Shown here piece by piece: positions 1 to 14,380 of a stretch of DNA of 64,000 nt. The position numbers were made by a program, and so were the translations under genes. How positions within the stretch are numbered: the stretch's first letter is position 1; each line of letters begins with the position of its first letter. The stretch lies in assembly GCA_026914245.1 (NCBI GenBank), contig CP110439.1:4464001-4528000 (forward strand), written 5' to 3'. Source of the stretch: Puccinia triticina. Taxonomy: Eukaryota. The notes below the pieces were generated by a model. It was not told the origin of the DNA, did no database searches, and worked only from the letters and a program-made list of their open reading frames with translations.

Positions 1-555
1 AATGCTGCAACAGCCTGTGTCTGTCCACAGGAACTAAGATATTTAAACGAGAGCCAGGGGTCCTGCTTTATTCCGCCGGTGGCTTGTCTGCTGTGATGTT
101 GATAGTCTCTTGTTGGAGCCAAGGAGGATTTAACAAGGGGCTTACTGTTGCAAGTTTGTGTACGCACTTCCTTGCTTTTCCAAGGAAGGATGGAATGCGC
201 CTCCAATGTGCAGCACCAGTCACCCAGTGACACTATGTAACTGGCTTTTTTGGCAGACCTGCAAATCTCTCTATATATTTCTACTGTACCAACAGACTGG
301 CGCTGTTTGAGGGGACAGATGTGACACAGATACAGCGCTGACATCAGGGTGCCACCAGAACACCATCAGCCATGGTTCTGTTTTCAGCGTCAAATTAAGT
401 GGCTTGCCTGGCATGATCAGGTTGTGCCTCCTGCATGCAGAGAGGCCTTCAACGTGACGTGCAGTTCTAGTTGTCCTTGTTGGTGAAGGCGGCAGTTGAC
501 TCCCATTTCTGATACTTGAACGTCACTTCCTCTAACAACAAACGCACAACACGAA

Positions 556-3500
556 ATGGTCAACCGGCCTCTCCATGTCTGTCACTGTGTTTTGTATGGC
601 TGCAACACACAGCAACATGAAGAAGAGGGCAGAGGCGTCGTTGCTGGGAGAGTGTTGTCTAAGCGCGCTTTCCAAACGCATCAGAGAAAGACGGAGCTTG
701 AAAGGTCAAAACATCAGCCACCTCACTCCGAACGCATTCCCCAACCGTCAACCAGTGATGCTGTGAGTGGAATCAATGTGATTTACTGCTTGAAGATGAA
801 AGCACATGCTGATTCAGTATTAGCAGAGTGTTCCGATTGTCCACCCATTGGGCTCTTCACAAGTTGCCGGCACCACTACTAGTGCGACGCGGGTCTTTCT
901 GGAAGAATCTTTTTGCAAGCAAGTAATGACTCAGCTGGTGTCTTCAATCTTTTCCAACAAGCTCAGTAAAGCTGGTGCCGCTGATTTCTTGGAGGCTGCG
1001 AGGGCGAACGTTCTACTTCTTGCGCAGATCTGGAGCATGAAGAATTCTACAAATATTGATCCGATGCCAATTTTTGAGCAAATCCCCAAGACTCCCGACG
1101 CCGTCTTCCATTGCCTCGGCTTGAATCCCCAGTTAACAACGCGGGTGTGTTGCAAGAAATGCTTTGCACTGTACTTGAACAACGGTGAAGATCCTCCACA
1201 ATGCTCCAAGCCTTTTCTTTCGCACAAGCAAGGTTACTGCAAGTGGGCCAAAGCCCAGAACATCAATCCAACTTGTGATGAACCCCTCTTCAAGGTTAAC
1301 AAGGATCGAAAAACTGTTCCAGTTCGAACCTTCACGTATGTTTCCCTGAAATCTTGGTTAAGCAGCCGTCTTGCACAACCTCCGTTTGAAGCTTTGCTTG
1401 ATTCGAGTCTTACTGCTAACAATTGGAACGACAATCAACCAATGGAGGACGTATGGCATGGAACTGTTTGGCAAACATTTCCAAATGTGGATGACGGTTC
1501 GGGGTTGTATACACGCAGTTCAGGAAATATTGTCTTCAGCCTGTATCTCGATTGGTTCAGACCAGAAGGCAGCTCAAATCTTGGCAAGCACATTTACATA
1601 GGGGCAATCATGCTAGTTTGTCTCAATCTGCCACCACAAGATCGATATAAGCCTGCAAACATTTTTCTCTTTGGCATCATCCCAGGACCAAAGGAACCAA
1701 GGCTAGAAGAGATCAATCACGTATTGCGCCCCTTAGTCGACGAGCTGAAAGAATTTTGGAAAGGTGTTTTCTTTGAATCGACAAGTCTCCATCCCACTGG
1801 TAGAACAATTCGAGTAGCTATCTTCCCACTTATTGGGGATCTACCAGCCTTGCGGAAGACGGCCGGATTTGGAAGTCACGCGGCCACCTGGTTTTGTTCC
1901 TTCTGCTGCCTAAGCAGGAATCATCTAGAAGAGACAAATACAGCTCGATTTGCCAGCCGGTCGGATGACATACATTTGCAAAAAGCATCTGAGTGGCTCC
2001 GGATTGACAATTACACCAAGCGCCAGAAGTATTCCAAGGAGCACGGTGTCCGATGGAGTGTTCTCAACGAGCTTCCTTATTGGCGCCCCGTTTGGCACTC
2101 TTCAATTGAACTCATGCACGCGTTGATCCTGGGTGACCTGAAGGACCACAGCATGCGTTTTATGGATCTGGCCTCAGCTGGAGCCCGGCTCCAATCTATG
2201 CAAGAGCTCGATGAAAACTGGCAGAATGCTAAATCGTACGGCGAGCCTCCATTTGCTGATCAGGCCCAGCACGTCAATCGCAGGAGCAAACGCAAGCGTG
2301 CCAATCCGAGTGAGGACCCTCCTGCCGCGGATCACACTAGGAAGAGAACACGACAAGCCTCCAGCATTGGGCCTTCCAAAAGTGCTATCGTTCAAACTCA
2401 GGCCAGCTCTGACTCTTCATCCACATCCACAAATTCCTATCTGCTCCGTTCAAGGAAGAAAGACCTCTCCAAGTTGTATGTTGAAGAGGAGATCAGTGAG
2501 ACGGAGGAGGATGGCCGGAGCGATGATACTATCACAGCTGGCCAAAGGAAATCGCGCGCCCGACCCATAACAGGTGAAGATTCTGATAGTCCCAGGTTGC
2601 TGCCAGAGGAACTTGACGTTGTGCGCCGAACAATTCTACACACGGTCTTGCCATCTTGGATTGATAGATTGCCGCGAAATTTGGGCGCGGCCAATCATGG
2701 TTCCTTGAAGGCTGCTGAGTGGCTAATACTTTACAAGGTGTACTACACTATTGCCTTGATTCCCCTGTGGGTCAAAGCTCACCGGGACGCCGCCACAGAG
2801 GAGAGAAGGAGGCGAATTTCTTTCCTCCTAGAATCAACCTCCACACTGTCGAAAATTGCACACTTTCTGACCCTCCCAAAGATCAAGCGGCAAGATCTTG
2901 GCGAACTCGACTGTATGATATTGGAGTACCGAAAATGTTTACATAGTGGGTGGCCAGGAGAACCCAGCACGCCAAACTTGCATCTCACACAGCATTTCAG
3001 CGAAGTGATCCGTTGCTTTGGCCCTCCTCGATCCACGGCAGCTTGGGCGCAGGAAAGGGTAAACGGGATGTTGCAGAGGTTACCGACAAACCACCACCTC
3101 AGTCAGTGTTTGCTCATGTGTACTTCTCTGCTGACAAAGTTGATAACTCATTGATTCATTCTGCAACAGACGAGATACCCAAGACTTTGATTACGAAATG
3201 GCATATCAACTCAAACTTTTCCTTTCTCCTCAATGACCCCACATGCCGGAGCTTTTCAGGTGGAGATGATTTAGAGACAAAGGAAGGCGCAATATTCAAC
3301 CTTGACAAGCCTTTGTTCCAGAAGTGGAAACGCGCGGTGGCGCGCAACAGTGGATCCAGCGGCAGGCGGGGCTCGGCTCAGTTAGATCAACATTTGAGCC
3401 CCGCGGTTGAAGCGGTGAAAAGTGTTCTGCTAAACAGAAAATCCTTCACATCAAAGCAGCAGCACCATGGAAACTGCTTGGTTGAGTTCTTCCTAGGCCA

Positions 3501-3882
3501 GAATCAACGGTTTGGCGAGACAGAACTAATTTTCCGTTCCGGCCAAACACCGTCAAAAACTTGGTTGGTCATCAACCCTTTCGACGAGCTTCAAAGGAGT
3601 GAGGATCCTTATGGCGATTATCCGGATCTCAACTGTCGATTAGTCAAGGCCAAGCATGACAGTGCAGTGGTGATCGACAGCGATCGAATTATTGGGCATG
3701 TTGCCATAATGTCACACGCAGCGGGGACCTTTGGACTGCCTATTGAAACCGTGAGTGCTGTTGGATTGGGGACCGGGGTGAGTTTGTTTGGCTACAATTC
3801 AAACTGATGTGTGTGGTTAATCTGAGCACAATGCTTTGGTTATTGTTTGCTTTAGGGTTGGGAGGGCGTGGTGGAGAGCTGA
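556..3882 (+). CDS. CACTA/EnSpm-like (Transposase_21/Tnp2-type) transposase, 4 exons (556-762, 827-3101, 3170-3777, 3856-3882), about 1038 aa
   Basis: Motifs DVWHGTVW, LNLPPQDRY, FGIIPGPKEP, DLPALRKTAGF..FCSFC, MHALILG, PNLHL..H...FGP..AW..ER.NG. GT-AG introns at 763-826, 3102-3169 and 3778-3855 join ORFs 556, 848 and 2950 in frame. Confidence 0.85.
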
Positions 3883-4239
3883 TATGAAGTATCTGTGAAA
3901 GGGTGTGCTGTGCCTCGGCAAGTTGAACGAGTCAGGAGTGGAACAAAGGAGCCAGAGGATTCAATTGACTCTTGCTGTATACGCACATAATCTAAGACCA
4001 AGATACTCCGCTGTTCACCGTCAGAGCTATCTCAGTCCAATGTCTGTCTGAATTTTTTTATCTTCTGAGTATAGTCACTGTTGTGACTTAGTTCTCTTAT
4101 CATTGCAACCCTATCTCCCGAGAAATTAGCCTCAGACGTATCAAGCTTGAATTAATCAGACCCTCCGCCGTGCCCCTTTGATAACTAAAATCCGTACTTC
4201 CACGCGCTGTCTCAATCCTTCCAGCGATAACAGGTGGTC

Positions 4240-5947
4240 ATGAATGATGCAAGTGGTCCCCCAGGTGACCAACCCGAGGATACGGGTGATTCTTCCCCAA
4301 TGAGAGCTCCTGAGGACGGATGGATTTCCTCGCTGGTGGATCGCCTTGTTCCCGAATTCCAGGCCGAAGGAACCCGCGTCGGCGGTGATTCCTCGATGGG
4401 GACTGACAATCAAGGCAAGTGGAAGAGCTTGCACACATCACCAGAGGATCTCCGGACTGACATTCCTCACGTTTTGGTAGGGTTGCCTCTGGCAGAGCAA
4501 ATGAGCCCTGAGGTCGCTGACAAATCGCGCTTGGACCCTCACTTTGTGGTATCCAAGGCCAGACAAGCCAGACAACAAGCAGAGGATGCGGAGGGCAAGC
4601 GGCGATCGGGCCGACGCGCCAAAGGAATAGCGCAAAAGGGATCACTGGCCGAGCACTACGACCTCTACTCTCGGAAGATCCAGGGATTTGTCAAATTCTT
4701 TCTTGGCAATCCAGACAAGCCTCAAGACTACCCCGTCTCGCCAAACAATGGTGAGCTGCACAACCGATACTGGATTGAGCAGCGCAGTGCTACCATCCTC
4801 ACTCAATTGGATAGGGTCCGAACATCTCTTGCTGGCAAGACAGAGGCAGAGATCGACTACTATGTGTCTGTGGCTGAGAAAGAAATCCGCAAAAACATGA
4901 CCCAACCACCCTTTACTCCAGCCGTCTTGAAGGGCCCAGGGAGAGGCTTTCAGCCAATCAACGCCCAAACTACAGCCGATGTCGAGAGGACCCTGGCGTT
5001 GGCTGGAATCTCACGGGTCACCTTCCAGTGGGAAGCCGGCGGGGATGTTACCTCTGCTTGGAACTCATCTATAACGGAAGTGCTGGCGTTGAAGGCAGTC
5101 AAATGGATTCGGCGAACGACCTCGGTGTCTGACCAGCAGGCTGGTCAAGCTCCCGCTATCATCCGCCGATGGCTCAACACCAAGTCACGTGAGATTCGGG
5201 AATACCGAAATATGGATCAAGCCGCTTACGACAAGATGAAGGAATTGAAGGCTACAAAAGAGCAATATCAACGATGGCGCAAGAGGGTACGTTCCCGGTA
5301 ATAATATTCTGTGTCTCCTGTACTGCCAGCTGACTTACCTGTTGTTTTCTGGGTGATGGTATACTGCTTCAGATCAAGGACAAGAGATGTGAAATTATCG
5401 ACAAGTCGTTTGACAAAAACATCAACTTGGCCAGCATCGTGGAACGAAAGGAATGCGGCTCTGATATTGAAGATTCTGGGAAGGGATTGGCACCTGTTGG
5501 TGTTGTGGGGGACTGGCGAAGTGACGATCTCACGACTATCCTCCACTGCCTTGACAAAATGGTGATTGCGCAGGCCCAGCATCCGAAGACCATTGCCGCA
5601 AACCACAACCTATACACGCGGTCCACACCAAGGGAATTGTCGGGGTACCACGCGGGTTGCCAATCAATTGCTATAGTCAGTCATATTGGAAGCAGCTCAG
5701 CGGTTTTGAGCGAGATACCGTCTCAAAAGTCCCCGCTATGGATCTCAAGACTATTGCCGAAAACATGAGGAAACTCTGCCACCGGCACGTTGGAAACTCG
5801 GCATCCAGCAGTTCTTTGGCAGCCACGAATTCCACACCTGGAAGAGTCCCCGGGCCGAGTGGATCGACGGGCGGAGGCTCTGGGCAGGGACCCGCATCAG
5901 GACCGGCGGGGTCAGCACCAGGGGGCTCAATGGAAGTAGATCATTGA
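4240..5947 (+). pseudogene. Transposon-associated accessory ORF (CACTA ORF2-like), one intron and one apparent frameshift
   Basis: Intron 5287-5372 (GTACGT..TTCAG) joins ORFs in frame. Motifs ECGSDIE, WRS..L..LD and GLPINCY..W resemble fungal CACTA-linked proteins. Frame changes near 5640-5657. Confidence 0.6.
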
Positions 5948-6270
5948 GGCGCCCTTCCTCCCTTCTTCCGCGTCTCAAAATCTCAAGATACATCCACGGG
6001 GTCGGTTCTACCGTTTTCAAAATGTGTTATCAGTAATGAATTATTCATCCTCGACCCGCTGAAGAGTGAGGGATTGGTGGGATTAATCTTGATTCACCGC
6101 GCTGCAAAGCTTGTGCACCGTTGCAGTAGACCGATGTCCATGAGACTGAGTGCGAGTTATGATGATTCACATCTGGGGCTCACTCGTTGATGCCATGTGG
6201 AGGCCCAGAGCACAAATGAGAGTGATGCAAAAGCTCAGATGGGTGTGACGGGGAGAACCATGATAATGGT

Positions 6271-6894
6271 TGTCCACCGTAACGTTTGGCCGTACGTTGC
6301 GGTGGACAGTGTGTAAGGAGCCCCCAAATTCGCGCCGCAGCCCACTTTAGCCCAATTGTCATGAGGCTCTTCCTCAAAGCCCAACCCGTGATGTCTGTGT
6401 CCGAGTTGAAGTGACTGTGACGCACAGCCACAGATACTCACGCACGCACCTACAGCACAAACACCTCGGCCCCCCCACCTCGGTGAACGATCTATGTAAG
6501 TGTCATGAAGGGTGCACCGTTGCTTAAAACATTTAGTCACTCGTGCACAGTGCAGACACTGTGAGGCATTGGGTGTCCACCCTAACGTACGGCCGAACGT
6601 TACGGTGGACAACTTCAGGCACTGACACGCAGTGGACTGTACTCATTGTGTGGGACCAGAAAGGGAATCAGTCATGTGCTGGAGGTAGACCACACCAAGT
6701 CTACATCAGCTGAACTTCTTGGCAGTGAGATCTCTGGGACGTGGCAGTGCTGATGCGTCCTCGAACTTGGTCGTATCCCGGCTGTTCCGGTTGGACTCAG
6801 GGATGATTAGGCTTGGACCAAATCCCCACCAAGTCGAGATTCACCTTCAAAATCAGTGTCCACCACAACGTACGGCCGTCCGTTGCGGTGGACA
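6271..6894. repeat. Three copies of a 38-bp imperfect palindrome TGTCCACCnnAACGT-N8-nCGTTnCGGTGGACA (6271-6308, 6574-6611, 6857-6894)
   Basis: Read directly. Copies 1 and 2 are nearly exact reverse complements of each other. Confidence 0.9.
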
Positions 6895-7441
6895 TGGACA
6901 GGCATATACGATTACCAAGTCGGTACGCAGCGCATCTTAACGCCTCCACACCGATGAGTGAGGAACCACTCTTGTGTTTGCCCACAAGCAGACACATTTC
7001 TGCTGACGGGCAAACACAAGAGTGACCTCAGCTTTCTGCCATTCACAAAGTTGCGTCTCAGATACGGCTGACATCTACAGGCATGAGTCTTGACTCTTCA
7101 GTGAGCAAGATTTCATCACCAATGCTTGAAAATAAGAATCTTAAACTGCCCACATGAGCACATTATGTCATCATTTTGTCCCAAATAAGGCAGCTGCATC
7201 GTTGCGCTGAGCAGCCAAGCAAGCTGGCAGGTTTGAACAAGGGAGATGTTCACAGCATGAATACAAAGGCTGGGTGGACACAACTTTGCAAAGGCTGTGT
7301 TTCTTTTCAGTTGGGGTGTAAAAGCCCACCGATTTCAGCTCCTATTCGTTTGTCCCACCCTCCACTCAATCCGGCCAACCCTCTGTGATTTCAATCCTCC
7401 TCCTCCCTTCCCATCAACAGAAGTCAAACGCCAACCAAAAG

Positions 7442-9936
7442 ATGCAACCTCCCAGTACCGATTTCAGTCAGTCTGAGTCTTCAGAAGAATCTTCTAATTC
7501 ATCGGATGGTACTCCTCCTCCTAGTAAGAACCGGCAAAATCTGCGCCTAGTGCCCTGAGCTCAAGCTGACACACTACCATTGCCAAAGCCCAACAGGAAC
7601 TCGAACAGAACACCTCGCGGAGGCCACTACTGACTGCACCATCTTTTGCACAGTTTGCACTCCAGAGCCCGTCGTCAGTCGCTCCGGGATTATTACAACC
7701 TAAAAAGGCGATCCTTCCTACTGAGATACAGGAGATCAGTGCAGAAGAGTTCGGACGATCCATCGAAGCAGCCACCCGATCAGCCGAAGAAATCCTCGCT
7801 CTCAAACTCCCTCGAAGTTGCAAACGGGTTGCCGAAAAGCTAGCCTTGTCTATCACAGCCTGCAAACGAAGTAAGCCTGTTCCGTGAACCAATCATCCTG
7901 CCACAAACACTATCCACGCAAAACTGACGCTCTGGCGGGCTCGAGAAGAGTGGGAAGCAGATGGGGCGCTTTCGGCTGAGGAGGACATCAAAATCACCCA
8001 CTTGGCCACCATCAGCTCTAAGACATCCAAGCACTCGGCACCTCGCAAACTCTGCACTCGCAAACGTCCAAAGAAGCCCTCAGGCCAAAAGCCCGTTGAT
8101 CTCCTCAACAAGCCCGCATCCTCATCCAACAAAACCCTTGGTGAAGGCCAAAGCGAACCTCCTGCCCCAGGGCCCACTGCTGGCAGCCAGGCGACTGACT
8201 CCACAACCGCCCTGTCCCGTAATTGTCTTGACGCACCAACGGGGCCCCAGGCAGACACCGGCACAACCCGAAAATTCAAAAGCTGGAGTTCACCACCCGC
8301 TGATCCCTCATCCGCCGACTGCGCCAGGTCCGGTCCTTCCAATCGTGCAGCGCCTACCGACTTGATGCCCACAGACCCTTTTCTGCCACCACCAACAGAC
8401 TCTCATTGTTCAAACGTGCATACCGCCCATGGAGGTGAGGATTCCGATGGACCCAATGAAACACCTCTGTTCAATCCCGAGACTCCAGACCAAAGCACTC
8501 CTCCCCCAGATCCCGGTCAAACAACATCCAGCATGGCTAACCCAACCCCCTCGGACACAAGAGGGCCCAATCCCATCCCAAGCTCTCCTCTACTAACAAT
8601 TATCAAATCCAACACAATTCGCAGAGAGGTGGTCAGCATTCATCAACATGTAGATGGCACCAAACCAAACTGGTCAAAATATCAGACCACCTGGACGTCC
8701 CTGACCTCCCTGCTTCAACACTGTGCAAGGGCAGCCCAAAATTCACCTCCAGGGCCTCCTACATTTGATTTCCATCGAACATCTTGCTCATACGCCGCTT
8801 GGATGCACACTATCACGTCCCTAGGTGAGACTCTCTTTCTATCATCAATGTCAGTTGCTCTGGTGTGAAAGAACTGAGACAATATTTTGTGTTTGCTCTC
8901 AGCCGACCGATTCCTATCGCACTCAGACCACAAGCAATGGTATTGCCCAGATCTAGTCGATTTCCAGCTTCTCACCAGCTTTGCAAACAAGGACAACAAG
9001 CTAAGACCCGGGACGTTCATCCCAATCGGTGCCAAGACTCAACATCCCAAGTCCACTCTTGTTTGGTTCTTGTTTAGGTTACTGAACCCCCCTCAACATG
9101 TCCACACCGAGTGGGCCAGGCTCATCGCAGCTTCTGTAGAGCTAATGGCTGACAACATTCTCAAGCCAGCTCAAGTCGATTCCACATGCGAGACCGATCA
9201 CATCAATCGAGGTGTTGAAGCTCTCTCCTATCTTGACGCCGTGAAAAATTCAACATCCAGCTTCGACCCTCCGCCACAAGCTAATGAATCCTCCTCCCAA
9301 CCCCCCGAGCGTTTCCACTCGGTGGATGTTTTACACAAATTCCGCAAGATCATTCTTGATGTTTTGATGGCCTACATCATCTTCCAAACACACCATCTCA
9401 GCGACGCTCCTATGACTGAAGCAAAGAAGAAGGCAAAAACCCATGCCAATCGCGCCCCGTCAGCCAACTCATCCGTTTGCCAGGTCGAGAAAAATCCTGC
9501 GGAGTTGGCCAACACTTTTGAGGAAGCTTCTCAAAACCTCCAACGATACCAAAGAAAGCAGAACTTTCAGCCTCTTGTATACTTTGTTCTTGGTGGAGTT
9601 CGTGGCCTGTTCATCACCTCGAGGGACCATCGGACGGCAGGAGTTTCTGGATGCATGTCAATGATCCAAGCAATGGCAATTATCACGGCAAACTCCAAGA
9701 TCCCACACCCTCCCGACGAGCCTATTTGGAAGAACCTCTCGGCATACCTTGTACGGATATTTAGCCCTGTCTTTCAGTCATCTAGACAGATCTGCTCTCT
9801 TGCGAGTGTGCAAGTGCCAACCAGGATGGAGCTGGCCCAGGCCATCACCAATGAATTTCTGAACCATTGGAAGACCTTCAATCCTACCTCATCTTTCCTC
9901 CTGCCGCACACATCAGGAGAAATCGAGGAGTGCTAA
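7442..9936 (+). pseudogene. Large hypothetical gene, 5' part interrupted by stops; probably TE cargo or accessory gene
   Basis: Long ORFs 8002-8868 and 8887-9936 with a probable short intron between them; early TGA near 7556. No recognised domain. Confidence 0.5.
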
Positions 9937-11773
9937 AGGACCAGTGTTTCCTACATACATACCCAAAGTTTGATTATGTGTGATTCCAAATCTTTGTACG
10001 CCTGAGAGAGGTATTTGGGAGCTAGCTTCAATGCACTGTCCCTCCCGTGGATTTTATCAATTGTAAATTAACATTCCTCAACTACCAATCTTGATGAATT
10101 CGTGCACAACTCCTCAGAGCAATCAAGCTATTGTGCGCTGTTGCTGTGGGTCAATGGGCCTGAGGCAGAGTAGCCGCCCCAGTTGCAGCACCCTCAGTGT
10201 CACATCTTAGATGTGCAAGCCGGATCCAGAACGTGCAGTGGTCCTGGCAAGCCAGCCGCTTGCTTGCCAAGACCATGACTTGGACGAATGATCCACCAAA
10301 CTGGCAACTCCGGACACATAATTGGCACCTCAAAGTAGGCTCTGCAGATCATATTCAGCATGATTACAACATTGCACAAGCTCGGAACATGAAAATGATG
10401 GGACTAAGAACGGTTAAAAATTCTTGCAATGGCCCCTCTTGCGCGGCTTTTGTCTGATGTTTGCAGGTGCCTTCCAATCTTTTACTCGGAGATCAAAGCG
10501 GGTTTTTGGATTTTGTCTCAGATTGTACGTGGTCTTCTCAAATCTTGGGAGCCTTGAAGCATACTCAACCTGCGGGATACTCATTCAGTTCGAAACCTCA
10601 TACAGAACATCACTTGGAAGAAATTACTGACACCCAACACAAGCAACTCGCCTCCAGAACTTGAAACTTCTGCTGCCACGCCTCCAAACCTAACGCGATC
10701 TCCACGTTGAAGCGTCTGAAAGCACTCGTGCGCTTGGCCATGGGTTGCCGAAAGCTTTATGCGACCAAGCTTAGACTACATCATGCATCCTCAACACTCC
10801 AATTAACCACTCTAACACATATGATGGTCAGTTGTAACGGGAAGAGACTGACTAAGTTCATTTCTTGATCCACAATTTCAATCCACCCCACGCAACCGGC
10901 AAAACAGTTCATGTGTACCTTTGCAACATAGACTGAACCAAAGGCGTGAGTGTTCTCGAATTCCTGAGCAAGGGGAAAGTGCCCTCGATGAACCTGCCAA
11001 GCTCCACGCTTGACACAAATGACCGGGAGACTTGGACTGGGGTAAACGACAAGTTGACCAGAGAAAAAGACTTGGGTGCAGAAGTCGTATAGGATCGCGG
11101 GGACCGCTGAATGTGAAGATTTTAAAACTACTGTGTACTCTTGGTAGGGCGACATTTGAATTTCTTGAGAGATCTGATAGGACTTGATGCAAGTGATAAT
11201 GTGAATTGCGTCTCCTACTTGGCGGATGTGGGTTGGATTGGTATTAGAAAGGTGAATGTTACCGGCCACCTCAATCATTTTTGGGAGGCGTGTAGATGGA
11301 TGGCAGTGGGGCTAACTTCAGACGCGATCTCTGCAAAAGTCGAGCTTAAATGGAATCAGGATGGGTGCAGCAACACTTCCACCGAAAGAGAACATAGCCT
11401 CATGCTGGCTATTCATGCCAGTCGCGCCTTTGATCCCCCAACAAAGGGAGACCTGCCTCACAATAGGCACATTTTGGGGCCGGGGTCTACGTAATTCAGA
11501 ACCATGTTTGCCTTAATTAAATGCAGTCACATCACTGCGGCAGTCTGGCATTCTCCACTCCCCTTTCAGTGAAGATGTTTTCCTCCTTCTCAAAGCCTTG
11601 CCCACACTTGTTTCCCATTATTTACCTTGATTTGTCTGGTCATAAATTGCTGTGCACACGCACTTTCCTTCTTCCCTTTCATCATTCAACACAAGGCTTG
11701 AACCAACGTCACGACTGGGTCTTGCGGGCACTTGCAGTCGGGCCCAAGAACCGCAGATCTGGTTAGACAAGTA

Positions 11774-11811
11774 TGTCCACCTTAACGTACGGCCGTCCAT
11801 CAGGGTGGACA
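11774..11811. repeat. Fourth copy of the 38-bp palindrome
   Basis: tgtccaccttaacgtacggccgtccatcagggtggaca. Confidence 0.85.
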
Positions 11812-14380
11812 TCCATTGATCTCCCTTGATTTGTGGTGATCCTGTGGCTGGCTTTCTCTGTAACCCATGTTCTACTTAAACCTCAAAAAAAATCCGCGAT
11901 GCAACTGTGTGTGACAAACCTTCCTATGGCCATTGGCTGTCATTCAACTCAAATGAGCTCATAACAGCTTGGTTATAGGCGGTCACTTTGTGGTTCACTT
12001 CCACTCGTACAAAGTTCAGCACACCCAACTTCCAAGCCGCTGATGAATCTTATTGTCATGAAAGACACAATGCCACAGGTTGAACTTGATGTTACCTGGC
12101 CGAAACTAAAAATCCAAAGTCCAGGGTGACCACCCAGATGCACAGTTTGTGAGAACCATATCTGATCCACCTGTGAGTGAAGATCCCCCTTGCTGGTAGG
12201 ACACATCATACATGCTGCTGGGTGTGACTGTCTTGTATTCTGAAGGGCCACAATCAAGAGCAAACCCCATCTCCCACTTGCAAGTGTGCTCTTCACCGAT
12301 TATTGATGCACAGAATCAGGTGAGTTGGGGCAGAGGGGCTCTTTGTGAAAGCCACGGGCTCAAATTGCCTGGTGTCTATGGTCATTTAGGAAAACGTGAT
12401 TCACCCCAAAGAATCCATAGCTACACCGGTGACTGCCATAATCCGCTTGTGTCATATAAGTGCTCTAGAAGCTGTGCCAGCCGGTTTGCCCAATATGCTC
12501 AAAATGCCCCTGGCAAGCGGTGGGTCTATGATTGAGTGCACCAGATACCCCCCACAAGTATTGATGGGTGCTACTCATGTTGACTTGACGGATGGCAACT
12601 GTCCCTTGGAGCAGCCACCAAGGGCTATCCCAAGTAGGAAAAATGTGTGAGATTAATGATGTTGGTTGCCTCTGAGACAGAAAGCACTCTGTAGGTGGTT
12701 GTGATGATTGTGTGAACTGCGGGCAGATCTGCTTGCCCTTCTGCATGGCCGATGTCTACCAGAAAGGAGCATCCAAAGCATGGCTGATGGATGTCAACCA
12801 GAAAGACACATCCAAGGCGGGCATGGCACAAAGCTTCTCATGTAAAATGCAATTGACTTCTTCTCTGAAATGATGCTGCCATCTTGTGGCAGTTTACCTG
12901 AATCTAGGGACAGACAGATCCAGCATGACTCCACACTTTGGGGCAGAGGCTGCTAGATGATGGCGAGGCAGCAATGTGCATTGCACAAGTGTGAGATCAT
13001 GGCTTCACTGGACCAAGCTCAGGGAGGGGTGCTTGAGAATGAATGCTTGGGATACTGATTCAACACTACAGAAATTGAAACAGGATCACATGCACTTGCT
13101 GGCACCGGTGGGCATGAAGAAACTTCACTCTCCTTGTAACATTAGCCAGTGGAGACATGGAATACCCCCTTGTTTCCCATCTGTAATGTGGACAGCAATA
13201 CCAAGTGCCTGTGAGTGCCACAATGCTTCCCCATAACACTGTCAGAGTTAATGTGCTACATCCTCTGCCCAGTTTGTTTTCTTCTGGGCCAGTGTGCCCT
13301 GTGCCAGTGGAGAGAGCGGTGTCTGTCATTCAATTATCCAACCAGGATTAAATCACAGCAGGATTTAAGCTACAACGGCAAAAAATCAGACTCTCACTTC
13401 AGCAATGGGAATTGCATGCAAAATGCTCAACAAAACGCACAACACAGGCCGGGAAAGGAGATTTGAGGTTTCATTTGGGTGTGGGAATTCATTTGTTGGG
13501 ATTCCATGTTGCCAAACAACTGCCAGTGTCCCTAGGTCTGATGTGTATGAAATCCTTCAACAATGGAGTAGACCTGATGACTGACACTTTCAATGTGGCC
13601 AAATGTGGGGGAGCAATTTTTTCAGCTACCATATTGCCATCTTAGGCCCTCAGAATACCACCAGACATAAGCCACACAAGTGGCACAGGGGTGTTCATGC
13701 CTAGTCCCAAACCCCACTTCTCAAGTGAGAATTGATATGGTAGAAATTATGGTGTTTCACCCAACAGGAAAACATCCATGGCACTTCCTGGTCCCCGTGA
13801 AAACCCCCTCTGACATCCTTCAAAACTAAAGGTGAAGCATGGCACATCACCAGTCATCGGTGGTGGAATATTCACCTCCTAATATGATGAACTTTCACCA
13901 TCATCATTTGCGGAGTAGAGACTGAGCAAATGGCAGTTGGTTGCGCTAAATGTGTGGCCAAACCCACGGATGGCTGGATTTACTTGCCACTGGGCACTTC
14001 AACCTCACCTGGCAGAAATCAATCCTGAATATTATCATAAGTCTGTCAGCAAGTTTGCGAAGTGATTTTGAGTTTTGGCAACTTCTGCAACCAGCCCTGC
14101 TGGTTCCAACAGCCAATAAGTACTAGAAGATTGTATATTGTACGAGTTGGTTGACATAAGGAATGTGATGAACAAGATGTGCATCCCAAAGCTTAAAACT
14201 CTCTGTCAATTCAAAATCTGCAGCTTTCTGAGCTGCACTGGTCTGCCAGGGTGATACAGCTATGTCAAACTTGAGCATACAATTAGGCAGTCAGGCAGTC
14301 ACAATTGGCTTGCACCCAACACTACATCAACATTGACACATGCATGAGTTGTACATGCTGCTATGGCTGACATTGCCCAG

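Noticed and set aside
11950..14100. Possible decayed Mutator-like transposase on the minus strand
   Set aside because: Only vague motif resemblance amid many stops; cannot be supported without a search.
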